The notes under the pieces: generated by a model
What the model was told of the DNA's origin: nothing
Database searches by the model: none
What the model saw: the letters and a program-made list of their open reading frames with translations, nothing else
Origin: Octopus vulgaris
Lineage: Eukaryota
Assembly (NCBI GenBank): GCA_951406725.2
Contig: OX597815.1
Coordinates: 151,900,001-151,964,000, forward strand
Reading direction: 5' to 3'
Length of the DNA: 64,000 nucleotides
Shown here: piece by piece, positions 40,220 to 52,400 of the stretch
Numbering within the stretch: position 1 is the stretch's first letter
Layout of the letters: each line of letters begins with the position of its first letter
Program-made: the position numbers and the translations under genes

Positions 40220-40253
<34 letters not shown>

Positions 40254-40779
40254 ACTTCTACTAAATAGATCTGTGCTGAGACATAATCATATTCACTGTA
40301 ATGAAAGTCACTTATTTTTTAGTCAGATTATATACAATTTATATAGATATCTAGTATTGCAATATCAGACAGTGTTTTTTTGTATTGCATATACAACCTG
40401 TTAACATGATAATGAATCAGATATTATTCATTAACTGATTTACATTTGTATGTCTGAAATTTAACATGATTTTATCGTAGCATCATCTTTTACGCTCACC
40501 CAACAGATATATACCTTATTACCATCTGTGTAAGTTATTCTACAGTTTTTCTTGGGCACAGAACCACTTCTCTAAAAACTGGCATTATTGACTTCTATAG
40601 TCCAATAAGGTCCAGATGTTATTGTCTCCTAAAACAATATGTGAAATATTTCTGTATATTTATGATACTATTTAGGTATATTTTATAAAGTATTACTGTG
40701 ACCTTTTGTAATTAGTTGGTCTTAATTAACATCAGTGATAAATGTAGTATAACTTTAGTAACATGAATGGGATTATATA

Positions 40780-41150
40780 TTCCTTTTGATGTTGTTCTTA
40801 TATTAACAATAACATCACCAGATAGTTTCTGTCAATCAGACCCTGCTACACAGGTGTAAGTTCCAAGTCCTCAAATTTTCTGGTTACTTGGTTTCTACCC
40901 TATCAATGTCAACCACATTGATAAAGGAGATATCAAAGGGCAAGGTAACTTTGTTTGATGTATAGATGAGATTTAAATAGAGGTAACCTATATTCTTGAG
41001 AATCCGTTCTTTTGTACCATTCCAGGTACTTTCGTTGCAATATATGGATGATAGGTTATATGTAGTTTATGATGTTGAGTGCAAATGCACAGTATTTTAG
41101 GGCACATTACCACTGTCCATTTCACTTGCGTAGAACTAATCATTGCTCAC
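40780..41150 (-). pseudogene. Decayed Ig-like-domain pseudo-exon
   Basis: After tttcttttcag| it reads ...LEWYKRTDSQEYRLP...ED(L/fs)GTYTCVAG..KLSGDVIVNI, matching the Ig C-strand WY and F-strand D.G.Y.C motifs, but with several stops and frameshifts. Confidence 0.45.
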
Positions 41151-41307
41151 CTGAAAAGAAACTGTTTTTCTAAGGAGGATGAATGACAAGCAAATGTTTT
41201 CAAATATTTCAATAATCAGATGACATTCTGGCGAACTGTAATGTAGGTAGTTAAAATTTAAGATTACCAGTGGCAACCTTTAACAGAGAGAGAGAGAGAG
41301 AGAGAGT

Positions 41308-41343
<36 letters not shown>

Positions 41344-41823
41344 AGTTGTATGATGATCCTAATTGAAGTGGTGTGTCATGTGTTTGTGGCTAGATCTTAG
41401 ATGGCCAAGCCCTGGTTGGCATTGGAATTAAGCAGATGATGAGAAGAATATTGGTTAGTAAAGTCTAGACATCAGAGGACAACGGCATATCATAGATATG
41501 ACAGAAATATAATTAATGAAAGACAAATCTAAGTGATAAAAATCCTTAGCAAGTGGTAAATAAATGAGATAATTGCAACATTGTTAGATTAAGTAGGATG
41601 TCTTAATATAGAGAGGAGATTTAGGAAGTCTAGTTTGCTCTGTTGTGGACCTAGATATCAAGTTATTACATGGTACCACTGTAGAAAGTATAAAAATGTT
41701 GACTAAAATCACAGTGGTCACCAGTTGACCATTAATGATAGGAATATCTCACAACAATAAAATATATATTCTAATAGAGATATAGAAATTTAACTATAAA
41801 GTCTAAAACTTTAAATATTTCAG

Positions 41824-41895
41824 AGGATGTAAGACTCACCGATAAGGATCTCCTAAAGTTGGCTGAAAATTTAGCACAAATGTGGAATCATGTTG
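41824..41895 (+). CDS. Death-domain helix-1/2 exon, variant A (phase 1-1)
   Basis: atatttcag|AG ... G|gtaagt; 72 nt encoding DVRLTDKDLLKLAENLAQMWNHV, matching the DD start pattern LT..DL..LA..L...W...G. It joins 47863 in frame. Confidence 0.8.
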
Positions 41896-42906
41896 GTAAG
41901 TATAAAATAAAAATACTTGATTGTTTTCTATAAGTTTGCTAGAATATCAGTGAACTTGTTCCATTCCTAATTTCCAATTGAAAGATTAACTGTAATGTAA
42001 TTCTATAAGGGGTACTAATATTACTAAAATTCCAACCACGTTGAAAAAGGAGATATCAAAGGGGAATGTAACTTTGTTTGATGTATAGATGAGATTTAAA
42101 TAGAGGTAACCTATATTCTTGAGAATCAGTTCTTTTGAACCATTCCAGATACTTTCGTTGCAATATATGGATGATCGGTTATATGTAGTTTATGATGTTT
42201 ATTGCAAATGCTCAGTGTTTGAGGGCACATTACCACTGTCCATTTCACCTGTGTAGAACTAATCTTTGCTCACCTGAAAAGAAACTGCTTTATTAAGGAG
42301 GATGAATGACAAGTAAATGTTTTCAAATATTTCAAGAATCAGATGACATTCTGGTGGACTGTAATGTAGGTAGTTAAAATTCAAGATTACCAGTGGCAAC
42401 CTTTAACAGAGAGAGAGAGAGAGAGCAGGTGTATGATGATCCTAATTGAAGTGGTGTGACATGTGTTTGTGGCTAGATCTTAGATGGCCAAGTCCTGGTT
42501 GACATTGGAATTAAGCAGATGATGAGAAGAATATTGGTTAGTAAAGTCTAGACGTCAGAGGACAACAGCACATCATAGATATGACAGAAATATAATTAAT
42601 GAAAGACAAATCTAAGTGATAAAAATCCTTAGCAAGTGGTAAATAAATGAGATAATTGCAACATTGTTAGATTAAGTAGGATGTCTTAATATAGAGAGGA
42701 GATTTAGGAAGTCTAGTTTGCTCTGTTGTGGACCTAGATATCAAGTTATTACATGGTACCACTGTAGAAAGTATAAAAATGTTGAGTGAAATCACTGTGG
42801 TCACCAGTTGACCATTAATGATAGGAATATCTCACAACAATAAAATATAAATTCTAATAGAGATATAGAAATTTAACTTTAAAGTCTAAAACTTTAAATA
42901 TTTCAG

Positions 42907-42978
42907 AGGATGTAAGACTCACCAAGGAGAATCTCCAACAGTTGGTTGAAAGTTTAGCACAAAAGTGGAATCATGTTG
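42907..42978 (+). CDS. Death-domain helix-1/2 exon, variant B (phase 1-1)
   Basis: Same splice sites as variant A; encodes DVRLTKENLQQLVESLAQKWNHV. Confidence 0.75.
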
Positions 42979-43929
42979 GTAAGTATAAAATAAAAATACT
43001 TGATTGTTTTCTATAAGTTTGCTAGAATATCAGTGAACGTGTTCCATTCCAAATTTCCAATTGAAAGATTAACTGTAATGTAATTCTATAAAGGGTACTA
43101 ATATTACTAAAATTCCAACCACGTTGATAAAGGAGATATCAAAGGGGAATGTAATTTTGTTTGATGTATAGATGAGATTTAAATAGAGGTAACCTATATT
43201 CTTGAGAATCAGTTCTTTTGAACCATTCCAGATACTTTCGTTGCAATATATGGATGATCGGTTATATGTAGTTTATGATGTTTATTGCAAATGCTCAGTG
43301 TTTGAGGGCACATTACCACTGTCCATTTCACCTGTGTAGAACTAATCTTTGCTCACCTGAAAAGAAACTGCTTTATTAAGGAGGATGAATGACAAGCAAA
43401 TGTTTTCAAATATTTCAATAATCAGATGACATTCTGGCGAACTGTAATGTAGGTAGTTAAAATTAAAGATTACCAGTGGCAACCTTTAACAGAGAGAGAG
43501 AAAGAGAGAAAGAAAGAGAGAAAGAAAGAGAGAGATAGATAGAGAGAGAGAGAAGATTGGTTAGTAAAGTCTAGACGTCAGAGGACAACGGCATATTATA
43601 GATATGACAGAAATATAATTAATGAAAGACAAAACTAAGTGATAAAAATCCTTAGCAAGTGGTAAATAAATGAGATAATTGCAACATTGTTAGATTAAGT
43701 AGGATGTCTTAATATAGAGAGGAGATTTAGGAAGTCTAGTTTGCTCTGTTGTGGACCTAGATATCAAGTTATTACATGGTACCACTGTAGAAAGTATAAA
43801 AATGTTGAGTGAAATCACTGTGGTCACCAGTTGACCATTAATGATAGGAATATCTCACAACAATAAAATATAAATTCCAATAGAGATATAGAAATTTAAC
43901 TATAAAGTATAAAACTTTAAATATTTCAG

Positions 43930-43988
43930 AGAATCTAAACCTGAGCAAGCAGGATCTAAAGTTGGTTGAAAGTTTAGCACGTGTATAA
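43930..43988 (+). pseudogene. Death-domain exon variant C (donor deleted, runs into a stop)
   Basis: The acceptor is intact. It encodes NLNLSKQDLKLVESLARV*; the WNHV codons and the gtaag donor are missing. Confidence 0.6.
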
Positions 43989-45177
43989 AATAAGAATACT
44001 TAATTGGTTTCTATAAGTTTTACCTACAGTTGAACTTTTGTTTTCTAGAATGTCTGTGAACTGGTTCCATTCCTAATTTCCAGTTGAAAGATTAACTGTA
44101 ATGTAATTCTATAAAAGGTACTGATATTACTAAAATTTCATAAAATATCTACAGAGGTTAGCGTGGTTGGTAATACTGATAAATGAAACAACACAATACA
44201 GTTGGTATTGTCTTTTGGAATTGAGAACTGAAATACACCGTTGTGTTGGTGTAAGCAGGTGGATTAATAGTAATGTTTTTGTTTGTTTTACCTTTTTTTC
44301 TGAGTTTGTCGATAAGTTAGTGTTATTTAACCAGATGTCTATTGTCATCTGGCTGACATATGATAAAAAGTCTTCTAAGTGTGAAACCCCTGACTTGTTT
44401 GTGGGAGCATGTTATCAAATGTATCGTTTATAGCACGATAGGGTGTATTTTGAGTGAAATTTAGCTGCTATATCTCATAGCTAAAGTGATCACATGAAGG
44501 CTGCCTCACTGCCTCATCCTGCATTAGCCTATTGTATGGGCTGCTGGTTGGCAGTGATGGAACAACATATCTTCTACTGTCCAGTCTGTTGTTTTGTTGG
44601 TAACTAAAGTGGAGTTGGTCATGGTGGACATAGCCAGAAGATCATAGATATCTGTCTTTAGTATTTTCTTCTGTTAGTGTATATCCCAGGAATAAGTGGT
44701 GGTCAAGGTGGACATAGACAATAAAGCTATTGGTTTGGTGTGTAAATGTTACTTTCTGTTGTAGGAACATTCTGGGAAGTTATAGATGTGTCTGGGTGTG
44801 AAAGTGGTAGGTGTAATGTGTGTTGGATCTTCACACAAACAACAAACTGCATCCACTTTATATTCAACTGCTCTGTTATTTTCAGTACCGTTGTGCTTGT
44901 TGTAGTTGTATAGCCACAACACACAACCTCGATCAAGTAATATATTGTACACATGTAGCTAACCAAATGAGAACAGATGTAAATCACTGATCCATAGAAG
45001 CAGACACAGCATGTCTTCATCTTGTTGAAGTCCACACTTCCCTGACATTCGGTGATTAATTGTATGTGGCGAAATGTTGCTGTATCTGCCCTGTCCAGTC
45101 TGGTTCTCTGTATTTATTGTTGTTCTTTACTCCCAGATCAACTTGTAGTTTCTAGTGTTGATTATATTCATGGGTGT

Positions 45178-45548
45178 GGAGGTGCAATGGCCCAGTGGTT
45201 AGGGCAACAGTCGTAGGATCACGGGTTTGATTCCCAGACCAGGTGTTATGAGTGTTTATTGAGCGAAAACACTTAAAGCTCCACGAGGCTCTGGCAGGGG
45301 GTGGTGGTGACCCCTGCTGTACTCATTTCACCACAACTTTCTCTCATTGTTTCTTCCTGTTTCTCTTGTACCTGTATTTCAAAGGACCAGCCTTGTCACA
45401 CTGTGCCATGCTGAATCTCCCTGACAACTACATTAAGGGTACCTATGTCTGTGGAGTGCTCAGCCACATGCACGTTAATTTCACAAGCAGGCTGTTCCAT
45501 TGATGGCTTCAACTGGAACCCTTGTCATTATAACCGATGGAGTGCCAC
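45178..45548 (+). mobile_element. tRNA-derived SINE (second family)
   Basis: Head GGAGGTGCAATGGCCCAGTGGTTAGGGC...GGGTTTGATTCCCAGACC (A/B boxes) followed by a non-tRNA body. Confidence 0.65.
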
Positions 45549-45747
45549 GTATGTTCATGGGTGGATTCTATTCATTTAATGAAACACCAGTTATAAAATA
45601 ATTATCCTAACTGATGTAAACTCAACTTGATTTTCTTTCTTGGTTGAAATCATTTCACTCCCCTCTACATTAAAATGCAATCTAGAAAGGCATGAAGATC
45701 GCAATATAGCATTTCTCCTTGTCTGAAAGTATAATAGCATACAATAT

Positions 45748-46172
45748 TTATTTCTTTATTGCCCACAGGGTGCTAAACATAGAGGGGACAAACAAGGACA
45801 GACACTGGGATTAAGTCAATTACATCAACCTCAGTGCGTAACTGTTACTTATTTTATTGACCCTGAAAGGATGAAAGACAAAGTTGACCTTGGCACTATT
45901 TTAACTCAAAACATAATGGCAGATGAAATACCTATTTCTTTACTACCCACAAGGGGCTAAACACAGAGAGGACAAACCAAACAAGGACAGACAAATGGAT
46001 TAAGTTGATTATATCGACCCCAGTGCATAACTGTTACTTATTTAATTGACCCTGAAAGGATGAAAGGCAAAGTCGACCTCGGCGGAATTTGAACTCAGAA
46101 CGTAGCGGCAGACGAAATACCGCTAAGCATTTCACTTGGCGTGCTAATGATTCTGCTAGCTCACCACCTTTA
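45748..46172 (-). mobile_element. tRNA-derived SINE with duplicated body
   Basis: Homologous to 4385-4795. Confidence 0.75.
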
Positions 46173-47862
46173 CAGCATAAAATATTATTTATACAATGTT
46201 CCTATTATTTACATCAATATCTTGTACCTCCCTATTGTACCTATCTACATCTAGGTAGACTGCACTATAGAGAGTTGTATTTATCATGGACAGAGAGCAG
46301 TGCTGGGGCTAGATTTGAACTGTTGACCCTTGACACGGGGAATCAATACAGTATCCTCTCAATCAGCTTATATCAATGATTTATCGAAATTATGAGAGGG
46401 CATTATCTATGACATTGTCGACTTGTTATGCTTTTGAAATTGATACAGAATGTACCAGTCATATAATTATCATCATCGTCTTAATGTTCATTTTTCTATG
46501 TTTGTCAGTCTTAGACAACTACTCCAGCATAACTTTTGTGATTAACTTTTGCTATGCTTTTCCATCTCTTCCTCCATCGTTTTCTATTGGTTCTTTCCAC
46601 TTGGAACCTTTATCTTCCATATTCCTTCTATATCTGTACCATCTCTTTTGTGCACTGTCTCTGATTCTTCTGAGATCCACATTTTCTTCCAGCTCATCTT
46701 TGCTCCAGCATTCCTTCATACTAACATACTTCTAGTGAAGTATGCTTACCTTATTTCTTGTCAGTTTTTATACCTCCTCCGCATTCAATGCAACATTACA
46801 CTTTACAAATAAACATCATACAATCTACTCTTCATCTAGGCATGGAATCCCTTAGTTGCCAGTGAACATAATAGCTTTCAGTGCATTCTTCACTTAACTT
46901 TTTTTTCTGTAACTAAAATGTTACATACAAAGTGCTTTCTCTCTGTCAATCTACCTCTGATCCAACTATACCTCTAATGTATAATGGGTATACCATATCG
47001 AATTCCTATCCCCACCCCCACCCACCTTTCTTGCATGTCAAATATGATAACTCTCCAGATGATATAGATACTGATTGATGCAGTGATTCCTTCAGGACCT
47101 AACTGTTGTCGATGTAAGGTCCAGATGTTGGTGACTCCTGTCTTCTTTCCTGTTAACTAAAATTCTTTTCATTGCTTGGTTTTCTTTCAGACCTCTCCAT
47201 TATCAACTTCTCTATAAAACTGTGGCCTTGATCCAGAGCAAAATTTCCTATGAGTCATGAACCCTAGTTCATGTTTATAGCTAGTGTGTTTTATAATATA
47301 TGATGTCTATCTGACAATATTATATTTTGCATTTTGTGTAGCTGAGATTATTCTGGTATCATATTCGTATTTCATTGGTCCTGCTGCAGCCAATATTACT
47401 AGTATTGTTTGATAGTCTAATCCCTGCTGTCTACATGTTGATATGTTATAAATATTAAATAGCCAGAGAATGAGAGGCATTACATATGCCCTTTTCAGGA
47501 ATTGATCATGTAATGTTATCAGGTGATCTTCAATGTTAGGAGCAAATGGTGTAACTGTTAACGATCTATGTTGATTCTTTTGGCTCTGATACACTTTTGC
47601 TTAAACAAACACTTTTCCTTCCATTTGTTTACCAAAAATTTTCCCAAAAGTAATTTTCAATTTGTCTTTCATTTCTTCTCCATCTTCATCCTTTCTTTCA
47701 ACCGCTGATATTTTTATCAACATCTTTAAAAACTGAGAACAATGTCTTATACTGTTCATGTTTCTTAACAATGCTTATTTCTCTACTGATAAAGTTTCTT
47801 TATTATATTTATATTACTGCTAATGTTGTTGCAATTAGTTCTTGTTTTTGTGTCTTTTGCAG

Positions 47863-48068
47863 GTATCTCTCTGGGCATTGCTTCTGACACCCTAGCAAAT
47901 ATCGACAAGGATAATGGTAATAACGATATAATAAAGAGCTTTCAGATGCTAGAAACATGGCTTACGCGCTGCAATAGTAACACAAATACAATTAAAATAC
48001 TCAGAGAAACTCTTGAAAATGCTAACTGTTTGCTTGCACTTGAATATCTACCATCAGGCAAAAAGTAA
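47863..48068 (+). CDS. Terminal Death-domain exon (helices 2-6)
   Basis: tgtcttttgcag|GT...TAA; encodes GISLGIASDTLANIDKDNGNNDIIKSFQMLETWLTRCNSNTNTIKILRETLENANCLLALEYLPSGKK*, with the LG.....I, ML..W and T...L...L DD signature. An AATAAA lies at 48221. Confidence 0.85.
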
Positions 48069-48429
48069 ATTTCTGTGTAAATGCAGATGTTGTTTAGCCC
48101 CAGGCCAATCCTCACCAGACAGAAACCTATGATTTAATGCATTCCAGCCAGAATCGATTTTCACTGATCATTGCTCATTTTTTACATGAAAAAAAAAAAC
48201 TTTGTGAATGTATATTTCAAAATAAATCCATGGATTTAAAATTAAATAACCGTGTTGGAAAATTCTGTCACATAAAAATGATGATACAAGGCACTGGGGC
48301 AATATAATACTTTTTTCTTTTTTTCTGGAGTGGGCAGTACTGTTTGTCTAACACAATGAAAGAAAAGTTTTTCATGTGTGAGTGAATTTGGTAAATGGAA
48401 ATTGAAAGAAGCTCATCATACATATTTTC

Positions 48430-49410
48430 ATCATCATCATTGTTTAACGTCCCGGGTCTTCAAAGTCACAGCATATCTCCAGAGGTCTCGGTCTTTCATC
48501 ATAGCCTCTGTGAGGCCCAACGTATGAAGGTCATGCTTGACCACCTCATCCCATGTCTTCCTGGGTCTACCTCTACAACGGATACCTTCAACTGATTGGG
48601 AGTGGCACTTCTTCACACATCTCTCCTCATCCATCCGTAGTACGTGACCATACCAAAGCAAACGTCTCTCCTGCATGCCGCATCCGATGCTTCTTATGTC
48701 CAACATTTCTCTCAGGGCACTTACATTCTGCTGTGTATGCACGCTGACATTACACATCCAGCAGATCATGCTAGCTTAATTTCTTTCAAGCCTAGACATG
48801 TCCTCCGCAGTCACAGCCCATGTTTCACTGCCATGAAGCATGGCAGTTTGCACACATGCATCGTACAATCTACCTTTCACTCTGAGCGAGAGACCCTTTG
48901 TTGCCAGTAGAGGTAGAAGCTTTCTAAACTTTGCCCAGGCAACTCTCTGAGCATCCACCCCCACTACTATTTTGGTCACCTAGGGAGCAGAAACTATCAA
49001 CTACTTCTAGTTTCTCCCCCTGGAGTGTAATGGAATCTGTTTTCTGAGTATTTGTGGTTTCAATTGCCCCTGTGCATCTGCCGCATACAAATACTATCTT
49101 CTCGGTTAATTTTCCTTTGATGTTGCTGCACCTCTTATGCATCCATAACTTACACTGGGTACATCTTATGGTGTTTCTACCTACACCTTTTATACAGATT
49201 GAGCAGGGCCACCTACATAAGGGGGCGTGTGGTAGTTTGCCTTCCTACTTACTATAACTTTGGTTTTTACTACTTTGACTCTAAGGCCTTTTGATTCTAA
49301 ACCTAGCTTCCTCAGCCGAAATTTCTTCTCTAGTTCCGGTAGTGATTCTGCTGAGGGCTATGTCATCAGCATAGAAGAGCTCCCAGGGGCAACCCATCTT
49401 GAATTCCTAT
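48430..49410 (-). mobile_element. Decayed RTE LINE fragment
   Basis: ORF pieces homologous to the 22011-23000 RT C-terminal region. Confidence 0.85.
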
Positions 49411-49439
49411 GGATATATATATATATATATATATATCAT

Positions 49440-52400
49440 CAACATCATCATCATCATCGTTTAACGTCCGTTTTCCATGCTAGCATGGATTGGACAGTTT
49501 GACCGGGGTCTGGGAAGCCAGGAGGCTTCACCAGGCACCAGTCTGATCTGGCAGTGTTTCTACAGCTGGATGCCCTTCCTAACACCAACCACTCCATGAG
49601 TGTAGTGGGTAAGGCTGGCAGTGGTCATGATCGGTTGGTGCTTTTCACATGCCACCGGCACAGAAGCCAGTCAAGGTGACACTGGCATCGGCCACGTTCA
49701 GATGGTGCTTTTTACATGCCACTGGCACGGGTATCACAACTACAATTTCCATTTGATTTTTTAATTTGATGTTGATGTACTTGACTCAATAAGTCTCCTC
49801 AAGCACAGCAGGTCGCCCTATGATCCAAGCTAAGCACAGCAGGTCATTCTGCGATCCAAGGTACTTTGGATGGGCTGGGGCTGCTATATGAAACCGGTGC
49901 AGGAAACAGCCATGAATTCACGTTATTTGTTGGCTCTTCGCAGTCACAGCATATCTCCAGAGATCTTGGTCTTTCATCATTGCCTCTGTGTAGCCCAATG
50001 TCCGAAGGTCATGCTTGACCACCTCATCCCATGTCTTCCTGAGTCTACCTCTACCCCGGATTCCTTCAACTGTTTGGGAGTGGCACTTCTTCACACAGCT
50101 CTCCTCATCCATCCGTAGTAGATGACCATACCAGTACAAACGTCTCTCTTGCATGCCACATCTGATGTTTCTTATGTTCAGCTTTTCTCTCAAGGCACTT
50201 ATACTCTGTTGTGTGTGCACACTGACATTACACATCCAACGGATCATGCTAGCTTCATTTCTTTTGGCCCTAGACATGTCCTCCACAATCAAAGCCCATG
50301 TTTCACTGCCGTAAAGCATGGCAGTTTGCACAGATGCATTGTACAATCTACCTTGCACTCTGAGCAAGAGACCCTTTGTCATCAGTAGGGGTAGAAGCTT
50401 TCTAAACTTTGCCCAGGCTATTCTTATTCTAGTGGTAACACTCTCTGAGCATCTACCCCCACTAATAACTTGGTCACCTAGATAACGGAAACTAGCAACT
50501 ATTTCTAGTTTCTCCCCCTGGAGTGTGATGGAATCTGATTTCTGAGTATCTGTGGCGTCTATTGCCCCTGTGCATCTGCTGCACATGAGAGCTATCTTCT
50601 CGGTTATTTTTCCTTTAATGTTGCTGCACCTCTTATGCATCCATAGCTTACAGTGGGTACATTTTATGGAGTTTCTACCTACACCTTTTCTACAGATCAA
50701 GCAGGGCCACCTACCTGAAGGGTGGGGGTGATGAGTTCACCTTCCTACTTACTAAAACTTTGGTCTTTGCTAAATTGACTCTAAGGTTTTTTTGATTCTA
50801 AACCTAACTTCCACACCCGAAATTTCTTTTCTTGTTCCCATAGCAATTCTGCTCTGAGGGCCGGGTCATCAGCATAGAGGAGCTCCCAGGGGCAACCCAT
50901 CTCGAATTCCTCTGTTATTGCCTAGAGGACTATGATGAATAAAAGGGGACTGAGGGCTGAACCTTGGTAGACCCCTACTTCTACCCTGAATTCTTCACTA
51001 TACTCGTTGCCAATCCTAACCTTACTAACGGCCTCTCTGTATAGGGCCTGTTCAGCCCTTATTAACCATTCGTCTATCTCCAGTTTCTGCATGGCCCACC
51101 AGATAAGGGATCGGGGGACCCTGTCAAAGGCTTTCTCTAAGTCCACAAAAGCTAAGTAGAAGGGGTTTATCTTTAGCTAGGTATTTCTCCTGCAGTTGTT
51201 GAACCAGGAATATGGCATCAGTGGTGCTTCTACCCAGAACAAAACCGAACTGCATCTCATCTAAGCAGACTCTCTCCCTAATGAGATGGACTATGACCCT
51301 CTCTGTGACCTTCATCACCTGATCCAGCAGTTTAATACCCCTGTAGTTATTTCTATCAAGAGCATCACCTTTACCCTTCTAGCTTGACGTTGTAGATCTA
51401 GGAGATTTGGATCTCCCTCGAACCGAGCCACCCTCGCCCTCTCCACGAGTTCAAGAGTGTCGCCAGAGATCCAGTCCCTATGATGGCAGTGAATAGACCC
51501 GAGATGTTTTCAGGTCACCTCAACCGTTGCCTCCTTCAACACTCGCTACTCCTGCTCCGGCTGTTGTTCCACCACGTTACCAAGCAACTGGAATCGGTTC
51601 CGCAGCTCCAACAGGAAACCATTGCCAGCATCGAGTTTGAGTCGCAAGATGTCAATTCTCTTCTTGCGGTTAGGAGGAGGTTTTGTCTGCAGCCACAAAT
51701 GAAGGGTTGCCCGAACAAGAGTATGGTCTGACCCATGCTACCTGCTCGTATCAGCCCCACAATACGCACATGAGTCCACCACTGAGCTAGCCCAACGGGA
51801 CCTGACCAGTATGTAGTCAATCTGATTGGCTGTTCTACTGTCATTGGACCGAGCTAATCGAAATGCGCACTGGCATGCATTTGCTGAGCAGACAGAGAGA
51901 GCAGCTGCATATGGTGACTCACGGAAACTTTACCAACTGGTGAAGCAGGCCAGCCGAAGCAATCTGGGTGTCAGCGAGATGATTCATGATCGGAACGGCG
52001 TGGTCATTACCAACCTCAGTGACCGGGTGGGCCGATGGCGGGACTACTTCTCCAAGCTCCTCAATCACCTGCCTCCATCTACGACAACCGACACGCAGCC
52101 GCCTGGAGAAGAGTACAGGTGCAACACTGCCCCTCCAACGGTCGAGGAGGTGCGTGGTATCCTGAAAAATCTCCGGAACAACAAGGCCCCAGGTGAGGAC
52201 GGTGTCTCCCAGCTGAGATCTACAAGCCCGAGCCTGATGTCTTCGCAGCCTGGCTCCATCATGTCTTCTGTGCTGTGTGGGTGATGGAGCATTTTCCTGA
52301 TGACTGGAGTGAAGTAACTCTTTTACCTTTCTTCAAAAAAGGTGATAGAAAGCTGTGTTCTAACTATAGAGACATCAGCTCGAGAGATGTGGCTGCCAAA

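Larger units (their letters stand above)
40910..44135 (+). repeat. Three tandem ~1.0-1.1-kb duplication units
   Basis: Units start at CAACCAC (40910, 42033, 43116). Each has a (GA)n tract and one Death-domain exon copy. Confidence 0.95.

Noticed and set aside
40481-40529. Small AG...GTAAGT-bounded plus-strand segment as a DD-gene exon
   Set aside because: Joining it to the DD exon in phase 1 creates T|AG, a stop codon.
44130-45150. Possible very old Penelope/GIY-YIG relic on the minus strand
   Set aside because: Only faint motif resemblance; it cannot be supported without a profile search.
45178-45245. tRNA gene
   Set aside because: The cloverleaf is incomplete and it continues into a repeat body, so it is a SINE head.
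47307-47594. 95-aa minus-strand ORF as another aGPCR exon
   Set aside because: No recognisable domain and no convincing splice-site pair.
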